IMG/VR virus record: IMGVR_UViG_3300025129_000005
Strand: one strand, 5' to 3'
Source of the DNA: a virus
Lineage: Duplodnaviria > Caudoviricetes
Length of the DNA: 64,000 nt
Under the pieces are notes generated by a model that made no database searches, was not told where the DNA came from, and worked only from the letters and a program-made list of their open reading frames with translations. Positions 28,567 through 38,971 of this stretch are shown piece by piece; positions within the stretch are counted from its first letter, which is position 1, and each line of letters opens with the position of its first letter. The position numbers and the translations under genes are program-made.

Positions 28567-29280
28567 ATGGCAATATTAACAGATTTTTATGGAAAGATAC
28601 CCAAATATGATGACAACACGTTTGAATATGATATAAAAAGCACAACGCTCTTAGATTTTAGTGGATCAACAGCCGGTTCGCCTTGTTTTGTAGATATATA
28701 CATGAATGCATATATAAGAGATTTAATTACGGCTGGAGCGGCGGATGCAAAAGTCTTTGATTCAAGACATTGTACAATCACTCGAATAGAATCATATGAT
28801 AGTGTAACAGGTGTACCTACCACATATAACTTTTATGCAGGTGGACACCCCAATTTAAAATGGATTGATTTAAGTCATTGCGGAAGAATTTATACCAATA
28901 TTGATGATATTATTCCGGTTGATAATATTACGACAATTGATATTATTGTGCCAAATCATGGCATTCCTTTGAATACAGAAAATCTATCCAGTGGTTATAT
29001 TAAAATGGGTGTAAGTGATTATGGAACAAGTGGTATTTTATCAAGTGTTGATAATTTACCGATAAATGCCATCATTGATGAGAATACTCTACGATTAGGA
29101 ATAACATTGGAATTTTGGAATTTGTCAAAATCAAATGCTGCGGGACAGAATCTTTATATAGATAACCCTATTATACATAATGTCGGTGGACAAAATTTTA
29201 CAGGAAATAGATTAGACATTCATTGGAAATTTGATAGGAATGATCCATACTTCTTGGAGAGCATTTTCTGTGACTATTGA
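28567..29280 (+). CDS. Hypothetical late protein
   Basis: Own late promoter and RBS; beta-rich composition. Confidence 0.7.
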   Translation: MAILTDFYGKIPKYDDNTFEYDIKSTTLLDFSGSTAGSPCFVDIYMNAYIRDLITAGAADAKVFDSRHCTITRIESYDSVTGVPTTYNFYAGGHPNLKWIDLSHCGRIYTNIDDIIPVDNITTIDIIVPNHGIPLNTENLSSGYIKMGVSDYGTSGILSSVDNLPINAIIDENTLRLGITLEFWNLSKSNAAGQNLYIDNPIIHNVGGQNFTGNRLDIHWKFDRNDPYFLESIFCDY

Positions 29281-29514
29281 ATTTCAAATAAGTCTTCTGG
29301 TAGATTATTTTTATAAAATTTTTCCAAAGCGTTGTTTTTATATTATTTCCAATAACAAAGCATCTTTTTAGTATCTTCCTCGGAAAGATAAGATGCATGA
29401 ATGATCCTAACCGTTACTTGAAAAGTAATAAAACTTATCATGCTTTGCAACAGGAACCGTACATTCCTGTAACGAACCCAATAACATCTAAAAGGTTAAC
29501 AACTTCGTCGCATG

Positions 29515-30453
29515 TCATACAATCATCTTAGCCAAAGATTCATCTATAGTTGTTGAAGGTGACCACCCGACTAAATTCTTAATCTTTGTTATATCAGGAA
29601 CACGCCTCAAAGTATCTTCATACATTTTGTTATAAGCTTGTTCATATGTAAAATATTCTTTACCTGATGAACTTTTTGTGATACTAATAACCCGATCAGC
29701 AAGTTCATTGATAGATATTTCCTCGTTATTTCCGATGTTGAATAATTGACCGTCTGTTCTAGAATCTTTAATCATAAACATTAACGCATCAATACAATCA
29801 TTAATATAAGTAAAAGATCTGGTTTGTTCACCTGTACCAAATATAGTCAGATTTTCTCCTGATAATGATTGTTTGATAAATCGAGGGACAACCATACCAT
29901 ATTTACCGGTTTGCCTCTTTCCGATAATATTAAATAACCTGACAATGGATATCCTTAAATCATGAACATTTTTGTTACTAAACATCATCTGTTCCATCAA
30001 TAATTTATTAGTGGCATACCCCCATCGACATTTTTCTGAGGTTCCAAATACAATATCATCACATTCAAACATCGGAATTTTGTTAGATTTACCATAAACT
30101 TCTGACGTACTGGAAAATATCAATTTAGAATTATATTTCTTGGCTTTCTCTAATATTGACTGATTAATAATCTCATCATTAATCATATGTTTAGCGGGGT
30201 CTTGATGTTGCATCATTTGACCTATACTTGATGCCAAATGAACAATGATATCGACTGGTTCTAAATAAAATTCTGTGGTCAAATCTTTAAAATAAAAATC
30301 AAAATTTGATTTATTGAATAATTGTTGGATATTCTCTCTACATCCTGTAGAAAAATTATCAACACCTATAACATGATACTTAAGATTAACCAATCTATCA
30401 CATAAATGTGATCCAATGAAACCTGCTGCTCCTGTAACTAAAATCTTTATCAT
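29515..30453 (-). CDS. NAD-dependent NDP-sugar epimerase/dehydratase (extended SDR)
   Basis: TGAAGFIG, HLA, SSTSEVYG, YATNK, RLFNIIG, RSFTYIND, RRVPD. Confidence 0.9.
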   Translation of the reverse strand: MIKILVTGAAGFIGSHLCDRLVNLKYHVIGVDNFSTGCRENIQQLFNKSNFDFYFKDLTTEFYLEPVDIIVHLASSIGQMMQHQDPAKHMINDEIINQSILEKAKKYNSKLIFSSTSEVYGKSNKIPMFECDDIVFGTSEKCRWGYATNKLLMEQMMFSNKNVHDLRISIVRLFNIIGKRQTGKYGMVVPRFIKQSLSGENLTIFGTGEQTRSFTYINDCIDALMFMIKDSRTDGQLFNIGNNEEISINELADRVISITKSSSGKEYFTYEQAYNKMYEDTLRRVPDITKIKNLVGWSPSTTIDESLAKMIV

Positions 30454-30795
30454 TGAATAATAATTGCGATCTATGAGTAAAACATTTAATAAACCGCTTC
30501 CTAATTTATTTTATTTTTGTATTGAAAATTATAGTTCATAATATTTTTATGAATAATGGTATCTCCTGATTTAATATAAACGGTGTTCATACCAAATACT
30601 CGAATGATAACATCTTTGCCATATTTTTCTTTGAATGAATTGATAATCTCAGAATTAATCATAGAAGAAACCTTTCATAGTGTTATGTTTGATGTAAAAA
30701 AAGAATACCAAAACGATACATAAATGTCAAGATTTTTTGGGCGGTGAGACAATGAGACCACCGTATCACGTTACGTATAAAGCTGTGTACAAGTG

Positions 30796-31044
30796 TCATT
30801 TGATTAAATCAAAACTATGTTTAGTTGGTATGGACAGCCCAAACGAATCCGACCAAAATTGAACTTTTTCGAAATTCATGGTTGTTTCGGAAATACTATA
30901 ATCATGAACGTAATCCATATCAAATTCACGTTTAAGTAAAAAATATTGTTTCATGAAGGTTTTTGTTCCAATAGACATTTTAATGGTATACTGATACCCT
31001 TCAATTATTCTGAATCTTTTTTTAAACCAAAATTTTCTTTTCAC
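30796..31044 (-). CDS. Hypothetical protein
   Basis: GAGG RBS, open frame. Confidence 0.5.
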   Translation of the reverse strand: MKRKFWFKKRFRIIEGYQYTIKMSIGTKTFMKQYFLLKREFDMDYVHDYSISETTMNFEKVQFWSDSFGLSIPTKHSFDLIK

Positions 31045-31064
31045 ATTTATAAAACCTCTTTTTA

Positions 31065-31697
31065 TTATAACTTTTCGAGAATAATAAATTTAACTTTGAT
31101 ATCATCTCCATAATCAGGGTCACCGGGCAAATAAGGAAAATCCTTGGTTACTTTGATAACTTTAACTTTGCTGTGGTTATTTAAATACCTTTCATACCCC
31201 TGAGATTCATACATATCTGATCTATGAGATAAAACAATAACACCTTTAGGATTAGTAAGCGAAAATATATTCTCTAATATCCCCTTACTATCAAAATATG
31301 TTAATGATCCGATACAAGTGACAAGATCAAAGGTTCCATTGGACAGAAATGGTTTGTTCATATCATGCCGGGTTAAAGTTTTATAGATATTTTTACTTTT
31401 AGCTATATCCAACATCCGTTGACTTAAATCAACACCATGAATATTAGTGAAACCATTCTGTAATAAAGTAGTTCCGACTAGACCCGTTCCACAACAAACA
31501 TCCAGTACTGACATATCACGTGCAAAATGACCTCTAACGTGACGAACCCATTTTCTCCAAGCCGTGTATCCAAGTTCTTTAATTAAATACATATCATATT
31601 CTTTAGCAACAATGTTATACTCTTCTCGATTTAGTTCAATAGAACTGGATGGGTCTTTAGCCCAACTACTAACAATATCTTTAATGCTTTTTGACAT
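31065..31697 (-). CDS. Class I SAM-dependent methyltransferase
   Basis: VLDVCCGTG, GVDLSQRML, FDLVTCIG motifs. Confidence 0.85.
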   Translation of the reverse strand: MSKSIKDIVSSWAKDPSSSIELNREEYNIVAKEYDMYLIKELGYTAWRKWVRHVRGHFARDMSVLDVCCGTGLVGTTLLQNGFTNIHGVDLSQRMLDIAKSKNIYKTLTRHDMNKPFLSNGTFDLVTCIGSLTYFDSKGILENIFSLTNPKGVIVLSHRSDMYESQGYERYLNNHSKVKVIKVTKDFPYLPGDPDYGDDIKVKFIILEKL

Positions 31698-31729
31698 AAA
31701 TATCCTTTTCTCTCTCTTTTTTTTATTTT

Positions 31730-33415
31730 TTAAGTCACATTAATTCTATGCGAAATGTCTTTTGCTTGAATCTGTATACGATAAAATTTTGTTGTATAAT
31801 CACCAGAAGTCGTATAGTGCGCATAATTAAAATGGAGTGCTGCTCCGACCAGATAACCATCTCCATTAATATATGGACTTAGTATCGACCAAGAATCACG
31901 AATCCTGATTTCGTTTGAATTTAATGATACATTATCTATAACAAACAAATTATCAACAGATGAACTGCTATCAATTTTAAACCTAACAGTCATATTATCA
32001 GTGTCAACAATCGGTGTTGTTATTAAAGTTTCATCCGCTGATAATATAGTGTGATCTGTTGTCCCATCCTGTATCAGAATTCCGTAATATTTTTTTATTT
32101 TTGACAAATCGATATAATTCATATCTTCTGATAATAATGTCAAACCTTCGCCACCATCATAAACTTGAATTGATGTAATAACATCAACATCAGATTCATA
32201 CAAAGGTGCGACCCCTATACCGGATGAAATAAAAGATCCAATATCTTGATAGGCATATACATAAGAAGAGGGCGATATATCTCTTCCCTGAAAATACAAA
32301 GATTCTGTAATATAACCATCCAAAGGCATAACATCATCAACGGGACCATAAAAATCCTCACACCCCATAATTCTAGCGTCATAGTTTTGGTTATTTACAA
32401 TTCTTCCGTTGAGATTTGTACAGTTAATAAGTTTACAATTTTTCGATACAATAATATCACCTTTATCAAAAACACAATCAACAAAGACATTATTACTATA
32501 CATATACCCAATATCAAAATAACATCCAATTGCATAGAGTTTGGCAATATAAACTCCATTTAAACTCATAAAATTACAATTAATGGCTTGGCTACCAGCA
32601 CCTTTTCCTGTTGTGGCAAATTCATTAAAATCCCCTCCATAAAAATCAAAAGTATCAAGATTATATGACATTGACACATAATAATTCCATTGATTTAACG
32701 TAATACTACTTGATCTGTGAGAAAAAAATTCAACATTCTGGTTTATTATCTCTTGACCATCAACAGTCATCGCGAAATTCTTAAATTCTATACGACAATT
32801 CTTTGAAACTCTCCAACCAATTTCTTCAACAAAATCAATAACATCGTTATGGTCTTCTATGGTCAAGAATGTACCAGACTCATCAATGGATTGTATTCTA
32901 AAATATACTATTCCTTCACCAAGTTCTATGTAATCACCCACTTCAATGCGATAAGGTGTAAGTGAAGTTAAACCATCAGATGCAAGAGTATTCCAATTAA
33001 AATTATCAGCATAAACTCTATCGCCACCTAAACTACAGGAAATAGTCTTATAACCCGATTGTATAATTGTAGGAGGATTAACAGAATAATCATAGTAGTT
33101 TTGATAATCCTTATCATAATAAATTTTCATATTATGAAAAGTAGCGCCGTCATTAATAATAACTTTCGTTGTACTTCTACTCACACCATGGATACGTAAT
33201 ACGTCATCTGGTCTGTTATTCATATCCCTAAGTATATCTCTGGTTAACACGTGATTACCTTCTCGCAGAAAAATATTCCAGTCACCGGCATCATATGCAT
33301 CGTTGATTGAAGTGTAATCCCCTTTACCAGATAAATCAACAACCTTCCATTCCCCTGTCATTGGGTGAAGTGTTGTTTTTTTGTCTTTTATATAAAAATC
33401 ATTTAATTCTGACAT
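31730..33415 (-). CDS. Beta-helix-like virion/receptor-binding paralog 1
   Basis: VDLSGKGDYTSINDA N-cap typical of beta-helix proteins; Cys/Asn-rich FxxCxF rungs; late-promoter context. Confidence 0.6.
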   Translation of the reverse strand: MSELNDFYIKDKKTTLHPMTGEWKVVDLSGKGDYTSINDAYDAGDWNIFLREGNHVLTRDILRDMNNRPDDVLRIHGVSRSTTKVIINDGATFHNMKIYYDKDYQNYYDYSVNPPTIIQSGYKTISCSLGGDRVYADNFNWNTLASDGLTSLTPYRIEVGDYIELGEGIVYFRIQSIDESGTFLTIEDHNDVIDFVEEIGWRVSKNCRIEFKNFAMTVDGQEIINQNVEFFSHRSSSITLNQWNYYVSMSYNLDTFDFYGGDFNEFATTGKGAGSQAINCNFMSLNGVYIAKLYAIGCYFDIGYMYSNNVFVDCVFDKGDIIVSKNCKLINCTNLNGRIVNNQNYDARIMGCEDFYGPVDDVMPLDGYITESLYFQGRDISPSSYVYAYQDIGSFISSGIGVAPLYESDVDVITSIQVYDGGEGLTLLSEDMNYIDLSKIKKYYGILIQDGTTDHTILSADETLITTPIVDTDNMTVRFKIDSSSSVDNLFVIDNVSLNSNEIRIRDSWSILSPYINGDGYLVGAALHFNYAHYTTSGDYTTKFYRIQIQAKDISHRINVT

Positions 33416-33435
33416 TATTATCTCCTTGAAAATAA

Positions 33436-35097
33436 TTAATAATAATCTATCCTTGGTATATGGAGAGGTTTTGGTTGAACTTGGACATAATAAACGTTAC
33501 CGAATCTATTCACCGAACCACCATCGTATACATAGGGAAAATATAGAGAAGATCCTTTTAACACACCATCATAGATAAAAGGTTCTAATATTGACCACGA
33601 ATCTTTTAACCTTATATTATAATAATCTATAGACTCAATTAAAAATGTTTCACTAACAGCGCCCTCATATTGACCTTGATACAACATACCTATATTATCA
33701 CTTTGTGTTATATTATTATTATGTAAAATGTTACCCTGATCAGATGTTAGAATAGTGTCATCCGTAAGACCATCACGGGTTAATATTCCATAATACCGTT
33801 TCATCCCAGAGAAATCAAATCCCTTTATATCATGATATGGTTGTATTGTTCCACTATTATACACATCGATAGCTGTTATAAGATCATGAGTAGCTTCATA
33901 TGCTCCGGTATTCGAGATAAACTGCCCTGCTTTATAAAAGCGATCTTTAGTTGAAACGATAGTTCTTCCTGAAAAAGTTAAAGTTTCGGTAAGTCTACCA
34001 TTTCTGGGAATAATACTATCAATTTTACCATCAACATCCAAACATCCAACGAATCTGACCTTATTATCATAATTATACAATTTACACTTTATACCTCTAC
34101 ACCCAATTAAGGATAAGTTTGTACCATCATCAATAAAAAAATTTTCATCAAAGATGCAATTAATAAAAGTTGAATTTCCATAACATACGATATCTTCAAA
34201 ATAACAATCAAAGAATTTACCTCTTGATATATAAGGGGATAGATCCTCAGAAAGAGTATTGAAATTTCTGATAGTACTACCAGAACCCATACCATCATAA
34301 CAAAAGTTGATAGAACCACCCGTGAGAGGCAAATAACCACCTGTGACATCAACATTATCTATTTTATATGCAACGGGACATGATACATTCCAGTCGTTAC
34401 TTCTGTTATCATGATTGATAAAATCTCGTCTACCAGAATCATAGGTATCAATTAATTCTGGATGATCCGCATATAAGTGGATGTTAGAAAGTTCTAGTTT
34501 GAATTCTTTGGTTATAAAGAAATAGTCATAATTGATGATATCTTCGCAGTCATTATGACCATCAATTACAAGGTAACTACCATCAGCGGATATCTCCCTT
34601 ATCCTGAAATATTGTGAATAAGTGAGTGATATATAACTTCCGACTTGTATACAAGGTCTTGTTTCTGATAACAAAATCCAATCAAAATTGTTTGCATAAA
34701 CTTTGTTATCACCAAGTGAACAAGATATAAATCTTTCTTTTATTGCGCCACTTGGTGGGTTTGTGTTATAATCATAACCGTTATCAAAATCTTCCGTAAA
34801 ATAAGGAATTATATTATACATAATATTACCATTAGTATATATCAACTTTGTCGTTGATTTACTCTCACCATGTATTCTAAGGGGTATATCACCTTGAACT
34901 GACAAGTCATAACGCATACTATCTGTCATGACATGATCACCTGTGGTTAAAAATAAGTTATAATGACCATCATTAAATGCATCTGTAACCGACACATAAT
35001 CACCGTCACCATTCACATCAACAATCGTCCAATCACCATACATTGGATGAAGTGTTGTTTTTTTATATTTTGTATATAAGTTATTTAATTGTGTCAT
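33436..35097 (-). CDS. Beta-helix-like virion/receptor-binding paralog 2
   Basis: Same architecture; VDVNGDGDYVSVTDA. Confidence 0.6.
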   Translation of the reverse strand: MTQLNNLYTKYKKTTLHPMYGDWTIVDVNGDGDYVSVTDAFNDGHYNLFLTTGDHVMTDSMRYDLSVQGDIPLRIHGESKSTTKLIYTNGNIMYNIIPYFTEDFDNGYDYNTNPPSGAIKERFISCSLGDNKVYANNFDWILLSETRPCIQVGSYISLTYSQYFRIREISADGSYLVIDGHNDCEDIINYDYFFITKEFKLELSNIHLYADHPELIDTYDSGRRDFINHDNRSNDWNVSCPVAYKIDNVDVTGGYLPLTGGSINFCYDGMGSGSTIRNFNTLSEDLSPYISRGKFFDCYFEDIVCYGNSTFINCIFDENFFIDDGTNLSLIGCRGIKCKLYNYDNKVRFVGCLDVDGKIDSIIPRNGRLTETLTFSGRTIVSTKDRFYKAGQFISNTGAYEATHDLITAIDVYNSGTIQPYHDIKGFDFSGMKRYYGILTRDGLTDDTILTSDQGNILHNNNITQSDNIGMLYQGQYEGAVSETFLIESIDYYNIRLKDSWSILEPFIYDGVLKGSSLYFPYVYDGGSVNRFGNVYYVQVQPKPLHIPRIDYY

Positions 35098-36803
35098 TAC
35101 GTTCTCCTACTTTCATGTGAATGATTGATCATAAACTTAACCAAAACCTTGAAATATTGTCTCTTATCTGAGCTTGAACATAAAAGGTATAATATGGATT
35201 ATATACAGGGTTATACACATAAGGGAAGTATATAGATCTATTATTAATAAATTTACCCTCATATAAATAGGGGCTTAATATTGTCCATGAATTATTTAAC
35301 CTCATTTCTTGGTTAGGATCTAAATCACTAGTGTCAATAATAAATGATGTAGTTGTTTGTCCAGATGAAACAAGCCACACAGATAAATTATCGGATAACA
35401 ATACTTCATTATTAAAAAGAACATTATCAGTACCAAAATTAAAAATGGTATGGTCAGTAACACCATCTTGAGTGAATGTACCATAATAACGTTTTATTTT
35501 ACTGAAATCTAATTGATTATATTGATATTCATATCTAACACCTGTTGGTGTATATATTACTTCAACAGAAGTTATCATATCTTCATTACTTTCGTATGCA
35601 CGGTATAGGGATTTGAAATTATCAACAAAAACAAATTTATCTGCGACAGTCGCACCATTGGTACCAGTAAAAACAAGCAATTCAGTTTTCCTGCCCTGTG
35701 AGGGCATTACATCTTCAACATCACCGTTCACATCTCTACATCCTATTACTCTAGACGTGGAAGTAATATTAAGTATTCTGCTGTTAAGTAAACTACAACC
35801 TATAAGTGTACACCTATCAGACATATACAAATCATCACTGTCATCTATAACACAGTTTATTAGTGTAGAGTTATTATAAAGCTCAATTTCATCAAAATAA
35901 CAGTTTGTTGCTGACAACCCCGGTAGATATAATCGCCCTTTTGATAATGTATTAAAATTATTGACAGTTGAAATGCTCCCAACTCCATCATAAGAAAACC
36001 TGATAACGTCCCCGTTACCCGTATTGCCACCATAAAAATCAACGCATTTAATATCACATGATATTCCTGCTCCTACACACCAACTATTCGTTGCAATACC
36101 ATTTAAACTCCCACTCGGGAATATAATAAATTCGGTATTGTATTCCTCAAACGTATCAATTACTGACGCATCAGCAAATATAGTAATATTTTCAAGATTT
36201 AGTTTGATCTCTTTGGATATAATCCAATAAGTTTGATTAATAAAATCACCTGAAATATTATGCCTGTTTAGTACAATAAATGCACCAGCAGGATCAATTG
36301 AAATTATTTCATAAAACTCATTATTATTCAATACTATACAATCACCGACATTAATACTATATTTTGAGGGATAAGCTGTTGCCAGAGTATTCCAATTAAA
36401 ATTATCCGCGTAAACTTTATCAGAACCATTTATAACTGTTATACTATTTACCGATTCATAATAATCCGGCGTTTCCAATGAGTAATCATAATTTGAAGTA
36501 TATCCGGTTTGTGTATAAGGTACAAGTTGATGCATAACATTTGCAGTATTCAATATAAGTCTTGTTGTCGCTTTAGTTACTCCATGAATTCGTAATGGAA
36601 TGTTACCCATAGTATCAAGGTCGTAATATATACTTTCAGTTAAATAATGATCACCTTCTTGTAGAAATAAATCATATTTACCATCATTAAATGCATCTGT
36701 AACCGACACATAATCACCGTCACCATTCACATCAACAATCGTCCAATCACCATACATTGGATGAAGTGTTGTTTTTTTATATTTTGTATATAAGTTATTT
36801 AAT
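34966..36803. repeat. 124-bp identical direct repeat (34966-35089 and 36680-36803)
   Basis: Identical DNA encoding the N-termini of paralogs 2 and 3. Confidence 0.85.
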
Positions 36804-36811
36804 CGGGCCAT
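35129..36811 (-). CDS. Beta-helix-like virion/receptor-binding paralog 3
   Basis: Same architecture; CATAAATA late-promoter variant near 36853-36860. Confidence 0.6.
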   Translation of the reverse strand: MARLNNLYTKYKKTTLHPMYGDWTIVDVNGDGDYVSVTDAFNDGKYDLFLQEGDHYLTESIYYDLDTMGNIPLRIHGVTKATTRLILNTANVMHQLVPYTQTGYTSNYDYSLETPDYYESVNSITVINGSDKVYADNFNWNTLATAYPSKYSINVGDCIVLNNNEFYEIISIDPAGAFIVLNRHNISGDFINQTYWIISKEIKLNLENITIFADASVIDTFEEYNTEFIIFPSGSLNGIATNSWCVGAGISCDIKCVDFYGGNTGNGDVIRFSYDGVGSISTVNNFNTLSKGRLYLPGLSATNCYFDEIELYNNSTLINCVIDDSDDLYMSDRCTLIGCSLLNSRILNITSTSRVIGCRDVNGDVEDVMPSQGRKTELLVFTGTNGATVADKFVFVDNFKSLYRAYESNEDMITSVEVIYTPTGVRYEYQYNQLDFSKIKRYYGTFTQDGVTDHTIFNFGTDNVLFNNEVLLSDNLSVWLVSSGQTTTSFIIDTSDLDPNQEMRLNNSWTILSPYLYEGKFINNRSIYFPYVYNPVYNPYYTFYVQAQIRDNISRFWLSL

Positions 36812-36881
36812 ACAAGTGCGCCTCCTGTAATATAAAGAACTATGTCTTATGTATATTTATGAAAAAAAATAAATACACAAA

Positions 36882-36908
36882 AACCCTGACCAGTAAATGA
36901 TCAGGGTT
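36882..36908 (-). terminator. Intrinsic terminator after NADAR
   Basis: AACCCTGA-N11-TCAGGGTT with T tract on minus strand. Confidence 0.6.
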
Positions 36909-36936
36909 ATAAAACGGAAGGGTGACGATATTATTA

Positions 36937-37386
36937 TTATTTGATGTAATGGGATCGTATTCTTTCTCGTATCAACATCAAAATTTTACCAAGAAAATTA
37001 TTTTTGGTATAACCGATACAATTAACACAGTAACAATGACCCCAATAGCAGTCATGCCACCAGTTACCTTCGATCAGTCTATCATCACCTGTATTCAATA
37101 ATTTTTCGCGTAATATCTTATCACTGAATTTCTCGACAATAATATCATACATAACAGAAACTTTTATTTTGTCCCAATCGTCACGCTTTTTTATTTTCTG
37201 ACCAAGCTTCTTTGATTCTTTGGGACTCAATTTAACAAATTCTTGGTGTAATTTTATATCCAAAGACTTATGTGCTTGATATGCGGTCTCAGATGAAGAA
37301 TATGTTAACCCTTTATAAGTCACCGGATTTTCATAAAAATTACTTAACCAATTGTATTCATTATGAAATTGTTTAACCGAATTCAC
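36937..37386 (-). CDS. NADAR family protein (YbiA-like)
   Basis: WLSNFY, SSETAYQAHK, RDDWD...M...KFS...LLNTG..LIEGN...YWG...NFLGKILM; GTG start with AGGGG RBS. Confidence 0.9.
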   Translation of the reverse strand: MNSVKQFHNEYNWLSNFYENPVTYKGLTYSSSETAYQAHKSLDIKLHQEFVKLSPKESKKLGQKIKKRDDWDKIKVSVMYDIIVEKFSDKILREKLLNTGDDRLIEGNWWHDCYWGHCYCVNCIGYTKNNFLGKILMLIRERIRSHYIK

Positions 37387-37390
37387 AAAA

Positions 37391-37591
37391 TTAACACCCC
37401 CTGAAAGGGTCTGTCCCGGTAAACCACTCCTTTTGATCAATCATTGACTCAACGACAGCCATAGAAACATTGTTATAATTATATTCTCTACCATCACGTG
37501 AATTAAAGGTTACTCCGAATAGACCATTGTTAAGATCTTCAACAATACACCCTATGAACTTTTCTGAATAAAAGAAATCTCCAACTTTCAT
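37391..37591 (-). CDS. Hypothetical protein
   Basis: ATGA overlap, in-operon. Confidence 0.55.
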   Translation of the reverse strand: MKVGDFFYSEKFIGCIVEDLNNGLFGVTFNSRDGREYNYNNVSMAVVESMIDQKEWFTGTDPFRGC

Positions 37592-37836
37592 GAAAACCCC
37601 CGTCTCCCACCTCGACTTTGATTTGTTTCGAATCGCTTGTCTTGTAACTCAAACCTCAATCGTTCATTTTCTTCTAGTAGAAATAAGTTATCTTCCTGCA
37701 GATCATCAACGATATCGATGCATTTTTCAACAATCATAGTCATATTTATAACTTTTTTATCAGTCGTGGTAGAACGAATGGATTCCATTAGTTCTGAAAT
37801 TTTGTTGATTGTTTTCTTATTCATTTTCAGATTCAT
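37588..37836 (-). CDS. Hypothetical coiled-coil protein
   Basis: In-operon ORF with heptad-like C-half. Confidence 0.55.
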   Translation of the reverse strand: MNLKMNKKTINKISELMESIRSTTTDKKVINMTMIVEKCIDIVDDLQEDNLFLLEENERLRFELQDKRFETNQSRGGRRGFS

Positions 37837-37935
37837 TGAGTGATACCTATATTAAAAATTTCAACTTTTTCATTTACCCGTTTATAATCAGAACCTCGTG
37901 ATTTTTGTTAACATCATTAAACTCAATAATTATTT

Positions 37936-38136
37936 TTAACCTTTTGTGGCAGGGATATTACCATCCATGTCCAGATTTTCGTAAGGATCAAGTCTACCCT
38001 CACATACAGGACAACTCCACTCATCAAACGATTCCTTATTTACAAAAAATGCATGCTGTGTATGTTCACATTTATCACATTTTTTGGGTATCATAACCAG
38101 TATAATTTTTTTAGGATCAATTGTTCTGTTAGTCAT
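37936..38136 (-). CDS. Small Zn-ribbon protein
   Basis: CDKC ... CPVC. Confidence 0.55.
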   Translation of the reverse strand: MTNRTIDPKKIILVMIPKKCDKCEHTQHAFFVNKESFDEWSCPVCEGRLDPYENLDMDGNIPATKG

Positions 38137-38428
38137 GATTAAATTTATCTACTACCAGCATAATACCGTAAACAATTAACAATACGACAACAAACAGAAG
38201 GATAATTGATAGCAATACTAACAATGATCCAAGGACTACCGACAACGGAATCCATATAGGTGCTAATACAATAACCCAGCTAATGTCTGCTATACCGGTA
38301 ATTTTAATGATAGCCAAAATAAATAACATAATCCATAAAATATTTCCACTATAAAGTTCTGTAGAATTTTCTACAGTCTCATCCGGTTCAACAGTTTCAC
38401 TTGTTTTAACTTCATATTTAAATGACAT
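38129..38428 (-). CDS. Small membrane protein
   Basis: LAIIKITGIADISWVIVLAPIWIP TM motif; AAGGA RBS. Confidence 0.7.
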   Translation of the reverse strand: MSFKYEVKTSETVEPDETVENSTELYSGNILWIMLFILAIIKITGIADISWVIVLAPIWIPLSVVLGSLLVLLSIILLFVVVLLIVYGIMLVVDKFNHD

Positions 38429-38596
38429 AATAATTCCTTTTTAATTTAAAATCCATTGGTGTTTCTTTTTAAAAGAACATCGGAAGATACGGAATGTATT
38501 GGTAGTAATAAGAAAAATAAAACACAATGTCAGCGGCACAATTGTATAGAGCGTTCTTCATTATAAATCTCCTTATGTTAGATTTGTTTGGTATTT

Positions 38597-38899
38597 TTAC
38601 CGAAGGTAGGCTGGACCGTAAGGACCCATAGTCGCAAGACCATTCTTCTCATCAAAAATGTTTCCCCTTGAATGTTTCGCGGGTTTCGACCAGCCCGCTG
38701 GCTTAAGAACATTACCGTTGGTCATATCAACAAAAGAATGAACACTCGAACCATTGATAACTTTGACGTACCTGTGACCAACTTTATAATCAAAGACACT
38801 CTTTTCGTGGATGAAACCGTTATTTTCCCAATATTGATCAAAAATATCTTTACATCCTTGGAGATACAGATCAAAAGACTTTTTAAATTCGGGGGTCAT
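38597..38899 (-). CDS. Conserved phage hypothetical protein
   Basis: RYVKV...SVHSFVD...VLKPAGWSKPAKHSRGNIF. Confidence 0.75.
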   Translation of the reverse strand: MTPEFKKSFDLYLQGCKDIFDQYWENNGFIHEKSVFDYKVGHRYVKVINGSSVHSFVDMTNGNVLKPAGWSKPAKHSRGNIFDEKNGLATMGPYGPAYLR

Positions 38900-38942
38900 C
38901 TTTTTTTTCCTTTCTCAAGGGGTTTTCGTCACCAACAAATAT

Positions 38943-38971
38943 ATAATACATCTATATTTCACGGTTGTCAA
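38943..38971 (-). promoter_or_regulatory. sigma70-like early promoter
   Basis: TTGACA-N17-TATTAT on minus strand. Confidence 0.7.

Noticed and set aside
29281-29514. Possible fragmented gene downstream of the epimerase
   Set aside because: Short frames with no recognisable motif; cannot be reconstructed reliably.
34966-36803. 124-bp repeat as a DGR template/variable pair
   Set aside because: Copies are identical, at 5' ends, with no adenine-specific changes and no reverse transcriptase.
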